Source of the DNA: Macrostomum lignano
Lineage: Eukaryota
DNA length: 64,000 nt
Direction of reading: 5' to 3'
Assembly: GCA_002269645.1 (NCBI GenBank)
Contig: NIVC01002074.1
Span: forward strand, 62,001-126,000
The notes under the pieces: model-generated
Databases searched by the model: none
Seen by the model: the letters and a program-made list of their open reading frames with translations, nothing else
What the model was told of the DNA's origin: nothing
Shown here: positions 51,006 through 63,712 of the stretch, piece by piece
How the letters are laid out: every line of letters begins with the position of its first letter
Numbering within the stretch: the stretch's first letter is position 1
Position numbers and translations under genes: made by a program

Positions 51006-52074
51006 ACACTTGTACTAAGTAATTACTGTCAAAAGGATAATTAAAGATAACTATATTTACAAATATGCCAATTGGCATTATTAAGGCCCCTAGAGCCAAT
51101 TAATTAGAGCAAAGTTTGTAAAATTGTATATGTTGCTAGGGGCCTAGGACAATTATTTCTTATCAGAAAATCATGCAGTTTAAGCACTAAGCTCATAGTC
51201 ATAGTCATGGGAGAGTGGTAAAATGATATCAACAAGGCTCATACTTTTATAGACCCTAGGGCCTAGGGATATTGTTAAAATTCTAAAAGCAAAAGTAACT
51301 AGGTCTAGGGCCTAGGCTAGGCCCTACTCTCAGTCTCAGTTGGATAGCATTTGGCCCGAATTTTGATATCTCTAGACTCTGATCTCACAAATGACAAGAG
51401 GGCAAGGCAAAAAACACAAGAAATGTGAATGCTTGTGTACATAATAGGACTAACTGCAGATATAGGCTCTAAATCTCTAGTCAGGTGGAAACTAAAATAG
51501 AACAAAAAATCCAAACAGCTGCAGCTGCTGATTCAGCTGATTTATTTTTTTTAGTAGTACTGCTCTAGTAAATAGAATAAAACAAAGTTTTTACACTCTT
51601 TTTGCTTTTATTTTTTACTGTCTTTTATTTTCTTCTTTAAATAATTGAAATTTTTTCACTCATTTTAAAAGCCCATGTTTTCATAGATAATTTTTGTTGT
51701 TTTGCTATAGCTTATCGTGTTTTCTAAGAAATGGTTCTGGGTTTAAAAAAAGAAATTTTTGACGCTATTAATTTACCGATGCCGATGCCAGCTGATTCCA
51801 AAAACAGAATCAGTTCAATCTTTCAAGAAAAAATCGGCATTTAACTTTGAATATTTGACTGCCCAAGCAGCCTCACTTTGCAGGATTTTTCACTTTCTTC
51901 TTGGCTATTCCATTCAATAGTTACAACTTTAAAGCATAGCACGTATATCCATCCCTCCTAGGCCTACTAAAGTCTAGTTTATAGGTAGGAGACAAGAGTT
52001 TAAAAACTTAGATATACTAGGTAAATATGATATAGATCACAATATTAGATATAATTTGACGCATCATGCAATAG

Positions 52075-52805
52075 ATTTTAGAAAAATTGGAAAATTGAAA
52101 GTATTTTATCAACATAAACTTCAAGAAGCCCCCATTCCCCATGCCCCAGTGGTTGGCTTTAAGCTACGACCCCCCCCCCCTATTAGGATTGGAATAAATC
52201 AACATAACCTTCAATAGGTCTCCATGCCTCTATTAAAGTTTATGTTGATAAAATCAATCTACTCGATCTCCCCACCCTAAAACCCCCCATTCCCCATGCC
52301 CCAGTGGTTGGCTTTAAGCTACGACCCCCCCTATTAGGATTGAAAAAAATCAACATAACCTTCAATAGGTCTCCATGCCTCTATTGAAGTTTATGTTGAT
52401 AAAATCAATCCTCATGAAAAATCTCCCCACCCTAAACCCCCCCATTCCCCATGCCCCAGTGGTTGGCTTTAAGCTACATATAATTGGGTTAGGCCTAAAG
52501 CTACCATTCCTACCAAAAAATGGAGCTTAAATTTGAAATCAGCACCATCAAAAACCCCCATAGAGACGGAATGATGATCCTATCAAAATTGCAACTATTT
52601 ATCAACATAAACTTCAAGAAGCCCAGGAATGGGGGGTTTCAGGGTGGGGAGATCGAGTAAATTGTGATTGCATCAACCGTACAGGTAACTTTCTGCTGTT
52701 TTTTTACATTTTTGAGATTTTGGGTGTCCCATAAGTGTCCATCGCAAGTTTTAGAAAAATTGGAAAATTGAAAGTATTTTATCAACATAAACTTTAAGAA
52801 GCCTG
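52075..52805. repeat. Complex repeat: about 154-bp tandem units plus direct and inverted sub-blocks
   Basis: CCCCATTCCCCATGCCCCAGTGGTTGGCTTTAAGCTAC three times. TTTTATCAACATAAACTT in both orientations. Confidence 0.7.
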
Positions 52806-52969
52806 ATTTTAGTACAATGTTCCAGGCTACCAATTAACCTAAGCTTCTAACAATAAAGGCAATCCTATAGTTTTGCACATTTTATTATTTTTTGAAAATT
52901 TAATGAATTTTGAATGAAGTTTGACAAGTTTAACAAGGCCTGCTACAGGTAAAAAATTCGCGGGTACCA

Positions 52970-54226
52970 GACTATTTGTCTGCCAGCTATTTGTCTGTAG
53001 GCAGACAAACAGTTCAAATTGAAAGTTTTTAAATTTTCAAGAGGTGCTGCACTAATAAGCAAGAAGATTCTAAAATGTTTTTCATCTATTTTTTACAAAC
53101 AATTATATTCCAGAATTTTTAAAAACAAAGGAAAGGTTGGCTTTGTTAAAAGTTTAAAGTTTCTTAAAATTTTTGGTGCGCACTATTAGCATACCATGAT
53201 TTCATTGCAATGTTGCATTGGCACAGTGTTTTTGATAGCAGGATACTTTCATTTGTGTAGATTACAATACAATGCCAATGGCTTTATTTTTTTACTGCGG
53301 AATGGTTTAGAAAAGTAGATAAGACAGCACTACTGCCTTAGTCTAGATTGTGTAGTGACATATTAAAATGACTATAACAAAGTTAGGAACTCTAGCTACT
53401 ATCCTATAAGCCATAGTCAGGAAGGTTGGCCTTTTTTGTCAAAAATTCTAGCATGCATCGGCATAGCCAAAGATATTTGGCTTACATTTGGCATACATTT
53501 GGTCTGCCTTGCAACAGTTAGCATATATTCAACATATGCCATGTATGCTGCAAATATGTGGCATGATGTGTAAAGATGTTCCGAAAGCAAATTTTCTGTC
53601 AAAATCAAAATCAAAATCAAAATTTGCTACTTTCCAAAATCAAATATTAAAATTTTCCAAAATCAAAGTTTAGTACAACCGATACTCACTTTTCTCCTTT
53701 CAATTTACTGCTCATGCAAAACAAAATACATGTATGTTTGGCAAAAGTTCATTTATTTTCAGCCACTAAATAAATAGAATCCCTCATTGCCACTTTTAAA
53801 TGTAAAAAAATTTCAACGGGAAAACCACATACTGAGTTGTATATGTATAAAATGTACAGTTAAAATGTACATGTATCATTGCATGACTAGCAATAACTGA
53901 GATTGTTTAAATAATAATGCATGTACATGTATGGTAAATGTACATCCATATACTAAAATGTGAAAAATATGCAATATTCAGCATGCATTATAGTATATTT
54001 AGCGTACATATGGTTATATTTGGCATACATAGGTAGCCCTGCCTGAATTTCATTCCGGCGTACACATGCCACCTTCCTGACTATGGCCTATAAGTTACCA
54101 CAATGTCTTACCAATATGAATTGTTGCTGAAAAATCTGTTGCCAAAGTGTCTTGTCACCAAAGTTTCTAGAAACCTATGTTAGTTGCCATATCTATTAGC
54201 TATTTAGTACTGGCAGACAAATAGTC
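52970..54226. mobile_element. Possible older TIR element hosting the next MITE
   Basis: GACTATTTGTCTGCCA at 52970 and its reverse complement at 54211. True ends unclear. Confidence 0.35.
53409..54088. mobile_element. MITE, TA/TATA target
   Basis: TIRs (A/G)GCCATAGTCAGGAAGGT, flanked by TATA on both sides. Confidence 0.7.
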
Positions 54227-54360
54227 CACTGGCCATTTCCCTAGGGCAGACAAACAGTCCTAGATCCAAATTTGCAATTGGAATTAGGCCTATGTTAGTT
54301 GGTGGGTGCTGCAGGGTGTCTAGTGATGATCAACAAGAGTTGTTGCTCAAGATTGCTTAA

Positions 54361-55146
54361 GGCTCATTCCATATAATATGGACATATTTGGAAAATAGAA
54401 AAAAGTCAATATTTTTGCTTGCCATTGCCTAATTAGCCTATTTTTTTACCAAATGTTTATATTGTGCAATATATACAATTTAAGAATAAAGGAATGGTAA
54501 AATGTTGGATTAGTATGTTATCAATTGGCAAAAAGTCATTTTTGTAAAAATTTGGACATTTTTCGAAGCAAAAGACATCATTAAGATTTTGTACCTTTTA
54601 AAAACAAATAGAAAGCTTTTGAAGGTTGAAACAAACTATAGATAAAAGTATAGTACTTGTATCATCAGATAAAAGCATTGGTGACCAAATAATCTATTAT
54701 ATTTTTAATGTATTAGTACCTCAAAGTTACTGAATTGACAGAAAAAAATATGTTACGACCATAATGTTACGACCATAAGGCTGCCTTTTCTTTTGTATCT
54801 TTGTTGCCTTTTGAGTTTATATATTCTAATAAAAGAGTATGATTTCTAAAGATGTTCTTAGTCAAATTTTAAAAATGTATTACAAAATATCAAAAATGAA
54901 AAATGTTATAAGACTTTTACCTTTTAGTTTCTATATGTCAAAAATCCTGTCGTTACAACCATAAGTGTCATTTAAGGTTTAATAGCATCTATACTAATGA
55001 TGATATCTATATGAAACTCTATAAATATATTCTAGACAAAATAATCTTTCATTTAAAATATTGGTTTAGTATATTCTATTATTAGATTTCATTTTATAAG
55101 TAAAAATAACCTGTCATGTTACGACCATGCTTATATGGAATGAGCC
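54361..55146. mobile_element. Kolobok-like non-autonomous element
   Basis: TTAA TSD, 16-bp perfect TIR GGCTCATTCCATATAA (RR termini), internal GTTACGACCAT repeats. Confidence 0.75.
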
Positions 55147-56010
55147 TTAAGAAAGCAAGCAAAACAAGAAATCTCTCAGTATCCCAGTCCCTCCCACCTT
55201 AGTCCCTTTTTAAAGACAAGAGACAAACATAAAATTGATATACTGCAGCTACTACCATGTCTTATACTCACACAAGTTCAAATATTTATTTGTAGAAACT
55301 AAGGAAGTTGTTAGTCCCCTTTGGGGGCTCCCTATTGGAATAAGTTTCAAAAACCCGCAGATGCGCAACACAGGTGCCAAAATTGTGCCCTCAAAAGTGC
55401 GACGCGACACTAAATTTTGTTGACTGGGGGGGGGGGGAGGGGGCAGTGACGCGCGACGCAACACCGATATCTGTTGACCGAATGACCGGGGGGGAGGACG
55501 CCACAGCAGCCACGTTGCAATTGACAATTCCCGTTCTGCCATTCACTCCTGACACCGAGACCATGGGGCGAGGGATGAGAGTACTCCTTTCAATTTCGCG
55601 GAAAAAGAAAAGAAATTAAAAAACAATAAACAGTAAAACAACAAAGGTACAACACTTAGAAAAACAGCGCACGCATTGTAACTAACAAGTAACATTTCTA
55701 AAAATTATATTTGAAGTATTAGTTACTTTACCATCAAAATAAAAAGAACAATTCAAGAACTAGTTATTATCAAACATGTTTGAAACATTTAAATACCAAG
55801 AAACAACCGTGAACATATTACAATGAAACACAGTTTGCAAGGTTTTGGCTACAGGTCCAGGCCGCGATGCAAGGCATGACGACACCAGGTTTCCAGTGTC
55901 GCGCGACGCGACACACCACTTGACACCACTGTCGCGCAACGCGACACCAGGAGAATCCGAAAATGCGACGGACGGTCGTCCACGTTTAGTCAACTTATTC
56001 CAATAGGGTG

Positions 56011-56302
56011 GGGGCTGTAGCCCAGCAGTCTAGTGCAGGCTCTGGTATGCCAACAACCCAGGCTCGATTCCAGGTGTAGTCACATTAATTTGGGTTGAAT
56101 TGGAATCTCGGCTTGGCTCTGCTCGTGCAATTAACAGCCTTGAGAGCCAACCCCCAAGGCACAATGAATTGTATATGCCTAATGATAAAAAATAAAAGTT
56201 AGGGCCGCTGTACACCTATGTGAGTGTGTGCCTATGTACACCTATCCGTGCACTTGTATGCTTGCTCAGGGGAGTTGGCGGAATGGGCAGTAATGCCTCT
56301 CA
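56011..56302 (+). mobile_element. tRNA-derived SINE
   Basis: GGGGCTGTAGCCCAGCAG (A box) and GGCTCGATTCC (B box). Homologous to the inverted copy at 59201-59485. Confidence 0.72.
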
Positions 56303-57689
56303 CTAGTTGTGTGCCTATGTCGCTTAAAGTGCACCAGGATGCACACAACCCCCTGTCTCTAATAAAAAAGGCCCCTTGGGCCCTATTTTCCAAAAAAAAT
56401 TGAACATGCAAAAGTAGAGAATTGCTGGCCTATATACTATATATCAATATATGTCTATTTTCATGTCTATCTTTATCTAAGATATCATTTTTCAATATCT
56501 CATCTATTAGGCCTATGCCTAACTGAATTTTTATTTCAAATTGAATTGCATCATAGTTCAATTAGTTGATTAGGCTATGCCTGAAAACATTGCAAAAGCA
56601 TAGCACTAGACTTGATTTAGATTTTATAATTAACCATATTTTTTACTTTAATTAAGACTTATATTGACTACCTAAGAAATTGCTTATGTCATAATTGTTT
56701 TGTGACTTTTATTCTTTCTGTTTTCATGTGATTATAGAATCTAAATTGTAGCCAATGGCCAATATTATGGATAGCATCTAAGATAAATTGATTCCAAACT
56801 ATATAAGCAGGTTCCTAGGCCTAGTCATTTCATAATTTGCCATTTCATCATCTGGGGTATCTGGGGTGCTCACTTTGACTAGGGTTACTTTGTCATCTTA
56901 ATTAGTATACATATACACTACCTTAATAGTCATTTCATCATCTACCAATTATATTAGTTCTAACTTCCAAGTGAATTAATGTGGCAATTGTGGCGGCCAG
57001 ACTACACGACCAGCAGCACCAGTGCAGCCGCACTGGAAACCCCCCCGCCTCTGTCTAACTGAGGTGGGGTGGGTACGCACCAAGCTAGCCGGCTCGCTAA
57101 GCCGGGGGGGTTGGCGTAGCCAATCATGCCACGCCACCTTTTCGCACCTCCCTTGGCCCCTCAATCTTGCACTGTTTGTTATAATCATATAAATACACGC
57201 GCAACGCAGTGCAGAATCTTCGCTGCCATACCATCTATCGAACTAAAAGGCCTTCCGCCTCACAATCAAACATATTTACTTGGAATCCTAAGTATTGCAA
57301 TTTGTTCTATAAATTCAATAAAAGCTAGAACTAGCTTTGGATATAAATAAACAAAACTACTAATGCAATGACCTAGGTTTCAATCATGATAGTATAAATA
57401 TTTTTTATTAAAAGTTTTTTAAAATGTTAAACATATTTAAGCTAAGATATAATTGCACTGGCTGAAAATAAATTATTGCATTAGCTAAGATGCATTAGCT
57501 AGGATTATTATATTAGCTGAGAAATGGATTATTGCTTTAGCTAAAAGGGGGATTATTGCATTAGCTGGAAAAAAGGATTATTTTACTAGCCAAGAAAAAG
57601 ATTATTGCACTAGCTACAAAAATGATTACATTAAAAAAAATAAAAACTTAAAGTTGCATCATTAAATGTGTCAAATGCTAAGGCTTATT

Positions 57690-58225
57690 GGATAATTGCT
57701 GGGATGTCAAGGCTTACTGAGGGAATTGCTGAGATGTCAAGGCTTACTGAGGGAATTGCTGAGATGTCAAGGCTTACTGAGGGAATTGCTGAGATTTCAA
57801 GGCTTACTGGGGGAATTGCTGATGTCAAGGCTTACTGAGGGAATTGCTGAGATGTCAAGGCTTACTGGGGAATTGCTGATGTCAAGGCTTACTGAGGGAA
57901 TTGCTAAGATGTCAAGGCTTACTGAGGGAATTGCTAGGATGCCAAGTCTTACTGAGGGAATTGCTGAGATGTCAAGGCTTATTGGGAGAATTGCTAAGAT
58001 GTCAAGGCTTATTGGGAGAATTGCTAAGATGTCGAGGCTTATTGGGAGAATTGCTGAGATGTCAATGCTTATTGGGAGAATTGCTGAGATGTCAAGGCTT
58101 ATTGGGAGAATTGCTAAGATGTCGAGGCTTATTGGGAGAATTGCTAAGATGTCAATGCTTATTGGGAGAATTGCTAAGATGTCAAGGCTTATTGGGAGAA
58201 TTGCTGAGATGTCAATGCTTATAGG
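57690..58225. repeat. 30-bp minisatellite
   Basis: GTCAAGGCTTACTGAGGGAATTGCTGAGAT. Confidence 0.92.
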
Positions 58226-58528
58226 GGTAATCACATAGGTGTCAAGGAAAATAGGATTCACAAATAATTTTGTTGCTTGCTTATTGGACACCGCAGAGGG
58301 GGCACTAGTTTGCTAGATAAAGACTATACTCTTCATTTTTGCTTTTTTTACAAAGCAATTATAATTTGTTTTAGTTTAAAAGTCTATTTCATAAAATATA
58401 TATTAATTGAAAGTTTAATTTAGTAAATCTGGCACATTTTGCGGATTTCATTTAAATAATAATACACCTATTTTTTATGCCTATTAGAAGTGTCAGCATT
58501 ACTTTATTGAAAAATAGCTATTTGCAAA

Positions 58529-58663
58529 ATGCCAATGAAATGCTGCATACCTTATTGCAAGAGTAATTACAGTACAGTCACTGAGAGAACTACAATATTT
58601 GGTTTTCCTAAGCTGCAATCAGACTTTGAAGTATGGCTCAAGGTATTACCATCAACTATAAAT
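58529..58663 (+). CDS. THAP-domain gene exon 1
   Basis: MPMKCCIPYCKSNY...IFGFPK...WL is a THAP N-terminal half. Donor AAT|GTAAGT. Confidence 0.75.
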
Positions 58664-58963
58664 GTAAGTAAACAGTGGTCTGTTTCAGTAGAAAGTTTAT
58701 TTTCCATGGTATAGCTCCAGCTCCATGGTTATCCGAATAAGATTCAGTTATAATTAGATTACTACATATCTACTAAATCAAGCCACTTATCAGCCATATC
58801 ACCGGCCTTTGTTTTCATAAAGCAAATGGCTCATCTAGTCAAGTGTCGAAGGGTATATCTGATTGACTTTCATGTGTCTAAACTGAATGAGTTCAGTATT
58901 ATTAGATACAGATGTTCGTTGCTCCACAACGTTATTTGCATGCTTTGTACTGTAACATTTCAG

Positions 58964-59117
58964 AAAATCACCAAATTCATGGGTGTCTGCACCAAGCATT
59001 GGCCAGCGGACGCGGAAATGGTTAAAATCAAGCGCTTCCTGCGGCCAGTCCATCCTCCCAGTCTATTTCTGTCGGCTATTCTGCCGGCTATTCCAAAACG
59101 ATACACCACAGTTGCCA
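58964..59117 (+). CDS. THAP-domain gene exon 2
   Basis: tttcag|KITKFMGVCTKHWP...PPSLF completes the C2CH THAP fold. Donor A|GTAAGT. Confidence 0.75.
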
Positions 59118-59200
59118 GTAAGTTTGTGCAATCGCGGCTTTTTAGCTCGGAAATTAACGAAATATTTGATTAAGAATTCGCAAGAGTCGAAATTTCATGC

Positions 59201-59485
59201 GAGAGGCATTGCTGCCCATTCCACCGACTCCCCTGAGCAGGCACACAAGCGCGCGAATACGAACGCAGTCATACGCACAGGCACTCACACAGGACTGTAC
59301 AGCGGCCCTGACTTTATTTATCGTTATGCATGTACACTTCACTGCGCCTTGGGGTGACTCTCAATGGCGTTGATTACACGAGCAGAGCCAAGCCGAAATT
59401 CCAATTTAGCCCCAAATTAATGTGACTGCACTTGGAATCGAGCCTGGGCCGCTGGCACATCAGAGCGCCGCAACAGACCCCCCCA
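59201..59485 (-). mobile_element. tRNA-derived SINE, same family as 56011, in THAP intron 2
   Basis: Reverse complement aligns by eye along the whole 56011-56302 copy. A-box region partly deleted. Confidence 0.72.
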
Positions 59486-59602
59486 CTCAAACTTGACAAG
59501 CATGAAACACTAAACTTGTTAAAAAGTTCAACTATTTGGATTAAATTGAAGTTTAACAATTCCATTCGCTGTTGCTTTTAATTGTAATTTTCACATTTTT
59601 AG

Positions 59603-60015
59603 GGAAACAAACAAAGACCATCCGCCGTCGCAAGATCCGGAAGCAGTCCACCCCAGCTGCGCCAGTTCCAGATTTCATTCTGCAGGCAGATGAAGCCAGT
59701 TCAAACTGTGACATGGATTTAATAAGCTCGTGGCAAAATTTCAGACAGCAAATCCAGCAGCTGGTCTGCATCAAACGGGACAGTTGGTTATTGCAAACCG
59801 GTCCAAATACCGAACTGACCTTGTTAATTGTGATTCAGCAGTCTGTGGAATGCGCAGTCTGCATCTCTGGCGACTTCACGGCAAACGCCTACCGTCAGCA
59901 CACTCCGGTGTACATTGCCGATTTAATTGGTTGCGATAATCGTATCGAAAGAATTAGCCAATTAGAAGCAGTGCTGAATCGACTTGTCAAACTGTGCGAA
60001 CTGGATTCAATGTAA
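59603..60015 (+). CDS. THAP-domain gene exon 3 (to stop; 233 aa total)
   Basis: ttttag|GG in phase 1 with exon 2. Open frame to TAA. Confidence 0.65.
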
Positions 60016-60197
60016 TTGATTTATTAGTGACGAGCTAGCCAACCAATAGGTTGACTGTGTGCAGCGGCTAAATTTCCTCAACATCTTTTCACTCTATTGT
60101 TTTTTGTCAGCCAAAAAAGTTGAGAATTCTCATTTACCAGCAGTGTAGATTTAGTCTCACTAGTGACTCTAGCGACTCTAGGTAGACGAGTACCTCT

Positions 60198-60988
60198 CAA
60201 TTGGCGGCAAAAAATGTATTCGCATTCTGCCCTGACGAGTCGTTAAAAAGTCACAAGTCTACCTAGGGCACCTCTCGTTTCGCCGAATCTCATTTCGCCG
60301 ATTCTCGTTTCGCCGACATTCTCATTTCGCCGAAATTAATTTCATAACCATCTGGACATTAGACCATAGACAACTACACTAATGCAAATGTGATTTAGAT
60401 GTCTATGGCTTGAAAAATAAAGTATTGTATTAGTAATATTGCGCGAGTATTTACCTACCTTTTTTCAGCTTTATTTCGTTAGCTTACCAGCATTACGAGC
60501 GTAGTTTTAACTCATTCAATTCAGAAGTCAATGCAATAAAACCACTTATTTATTTCACCAGAAAAGCCACCAGAAACGATTTAAATCGGCATTTTTGTAT
60601 TTCACAACCTCCATATATCCATTCATTCATCCAAAACATATATCCATTCATACCTCCATCCATTGTATTTCACAACCATACATATATACCACTGGCTATA
60701 GACTTTTTACCATAGACCATGCAAAAGGAAGAATTCTTAGTTCTAATTTTATTTTTCAAGCCATCAAGACATCTAAATCACATTTGCATTAGTGTAGTTG
60801 TCTATGGTCTAATGTCCAGGTGGTTATGAAATTAATTTCGGCGAAATAAGAATGTCGGCGAAACGAGAATCGGCAAAATGAGAATCGTCGAAACAAGAAT
60901 CGGCGAAATGAGAGGTGCCCTAGGTAGACTTGTGACTTTTTAACGACTCGTCAGGACAGAATGCGAATACATTTTTTGGCTCCAATTG
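60198..60988. mobile_element. Foldback element with about 230-bp inverted arms
   Basis: 60198-60420 is the reverse complement of 60747-60988, with TCTCGTTTCGCCGA subrepeats. No TSD seen. Confidence 0.75.
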
Positions 60989-62190
60989 TTGCCGTCAAGA
61001 GAGAGAGAGAGAGAGAGATTATTGCGTACATCCTTCTTTGTGCAGATGTCTATGGCCGAATTCTGAGCTTGCTTGCCTTTCTGTCGATGTCTATGGTCAA
61101 GACGGATTCTACTGCTGCCAAATGGGAATTCTCCACTTGGCTGACAGCAAAAGCTAAAAACTAGTTAGAAAACCGAATCCTAAGTTGAAAGCCCATAGGA
61201 ACACAGACACACCGGGCCACTCGCCATTTGTCTATGGCCCGACCTATCTATAATTTTTTGAACTTTCAGCCTTTATTGTCTGTTTTCTAAGAAAATCTAT
61301 CTAGTGGTTATAAAGTAACCATGTGTGGTTTCATATGGTGATGTGGATTTTTGCATTTTTACTACTCGCATAGGGTTGATTCATTTGTGTAACTTTTAGC
61401 TAGCTGTCTATTTTTTTATTAATAATAAAAATTTTACCATATGTTTGTCCGTGTTTGTAAATATTATAAAATGTACATCTAGAGGTAAGGTATAAAATAG
61501 AAAAATGGTCTAGAGACAAAGTACAAAGTATAATAAGGATCTAGAAATACGTACAAAACACAATGAGATTCCCAATTTAAAGGTAAATTTCAAAGCAATA
61601 ATAATATCATACGAAAAAAGTGTTGCATTTGCTGAAAACCTAATTAGATGACGAGGCATTGACCTATAACAATGCAGTTCTCTTACTCACGCCTTTCACC
61701 CCGTAAAGTCAAAGTAAATTCTTTATTTTTTGCATCATTAGAAATACTCGTAATATAAGTGAAATTTCGCATCGTTATATGTAGTTAGCCATCTGTAATA
61801 ATATGTTCGTATGTATCTCTGAGTTGATATTTGCAACAAGACATTTCCACATTAAGTATATTGTTTGCGTATCTAAACATTAGAAATATTTTTTGATAAA
61901 ATTGCCTTTTGTGCCTACTCTTTTGTGTGCGTTTTATTTCCTTATATTGATGCGTGATTTCTCCCTTTAGTGTCTATAATCACGGTATATGAACCTGTAT
62001 CTTGTTTCATTTCCTGGTTTTTCTGTGGCTCTTTTGCTATTCTTCAATTCCGCATTTTCCTGCTTGAAATCAAACACCTGCTCCCTGCCTTGATTCTCTC
62101 AGATCTCTGCTTCCTTGAGACTCGAATTAATTCGTTCAGCTTGTTTTTGCCTTGCAATCCCAAACTGATTCGAATTAGTCTCCGAAATTC

Positions 62191-62830
62191 CTAGAAGTCT
62201 CTAATTCTTAGAAATCCTAATGTATTTCCTAGAAATGTAATTCTTCAAAATCTTACTGTAGTCCTAGAAGTCTCTAATTCTTAAAAATCCTAATGTATTT
62301 CCTAGAAATGTAATTCTTCAAAATCTTACTGTAGTCCTAGAAGTCTCTAATTCTTAAAAATCCTAATGTATTTCCTAGAAATGTAATTCTTCAAAATCTT
62401 ACTGTAGTCCTAGAAGTCTCCAATTCTTAGAAATCCTAATGTATATCCTAGAAATGTAATTCTTCAAAATCTTACTGTAGTCCTAGAAGTCTCTCTAATG
62501 TATTTCCTAGAAATCTAATTCTTAGAGATCACATTGTATTCCTAGAAGTCTCACTAGATTCCAGGAAATTTCACTATATTCCTAGAAAACTTACTGCATT
62601 CCTAGAAATCTCACTGTATTCCTAGAAATTTTACTGCATTCCTAGAAATCTCACTGTATTCCTAGAAATCTCACTGTATTCCTAGAAATCTTACTGCATT
62701 CCTAGAAATCTCACTGTATTCCTAGAAATCTTACTGCATTCCTAGAAATCTCAGTGTGTTCCTAAAAATCTTACTGCATTCCTAGAAATCTCAGTGTGTT
62801 CCTAGAAATCTCACCTCACTGTATTTCTAG
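62191..62830. repeat. 73-bp units (about 4) followed by a related 20-bp array
   Basis: CTAGAAGTCTC...ACTGTAGTC at 62191 and 62264 onward, then CCTAGAAATCTTACTGCATT. Confidence 0.9.
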
Positions 62831-62955
62831 AAGTCCCATATATTTCTCAAAATCCCACCCCAGAAATACCAGCGCCTTTATCTAAACATTCACTGATAAA
62901 AATACGAGGACCATAATGTTAGAGACGAATGTCTGCAAGACTCGAATCCAATTGA

Positions 62956-63446
62956 TCCATTCGGCAATTCCAGGCCGAGTCACTGGCGGCTGTACGCGAG
63001 CAGGTGACGAGCAGCCTGCATCATATTTACACCCGCGATCAGCCCAGTCAGCAGCAGCTGACGCCTCAACAATCCGAGGAGCTGGACCGCCTAGCCGATG
63101 CCAAAGTGTTCTGCTGTCGAGCGCCCCTGGCCGAGCTTGTCGCTCTTGACTGCGTCTGCGCCTGTCTGGCCGCCTGTCCGGAGCCGAAGCGACTGTTCGA
63201 CCGGCTGTTTCATTCCGCCGGAGCCGGCTGGCCGGTGCAGCGGGAGAAGCGCCGGGCCACCCAGCTGAGCCGCCTGCTGTCTCTGTGCCTGTGCACCGGC
63301 ACCGGCGGACCCGTGCTGGAATGCGCGGCCTCTTGGCTTCGCCGCCACGAAGGCCGTCCGGCTGTCCGACTGGTGGCCAGAGCTCTGGCCGAGGACGCGA
63401 CCGCGATGCCGCCTGAGCAGCTGCGCCGGCTGGGACAGCTTGGCAG
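62956..63446 (+). CDS. INTS15: Integrator subunit 15 (C7orf26) exon; start uncertain
   Basis: PVLECAASWL matches the recalled C7orf26 motif exactly, with flanking LSRLLSL and RALAED similar. Donor AG|GTGAGT. In-frame TGA at 62953. Confidence 0.8.
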
Positions 63447-63712
63447 GTGAGTGCGAGAGTGGATGAGAATGGGTACTCTGTCTGTCTATTTCTGTTTGGT
63501 TCCCTGCTTAAATGGCGCTTTAAAGTTATTGATTTTTTATCTTTCTAAGAATCACTTCGTTTAAATGTAGTCAGAATTGCCCTTTCAAATCGCCATGAGA
63601 ATCGCCCTTTCAAATCGCCATGAGAATCGCCCCTTCAAATCGCCACGAGAATCACCCATTGAATCTTCTCTAATATTCGAAAATATAAAGTCAATCCCAA
63701 TGCCCTTTGTAG

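Noticed and set aside
56011-56085. Possible tRNA gene
   Set aside because: A and B boxes are present but the cloverleaf is degenerate and it continues into a body shared with the 59201-59485 copy, so it is a SINE head.
57085-57125. Twister ribozyme (CCGG...CTAAGCCGG resembles P4/L4)
   Set aside because: The upstream UAA cleavage loop and pseudoknot partners are missing.
62953-62955. Selenocysteine recoding of the INTS15 TGA
   Set aside because: The position is not a conserved Cys in the recalled ortholog, and the 3' UTR (SECIS) is outside the window.
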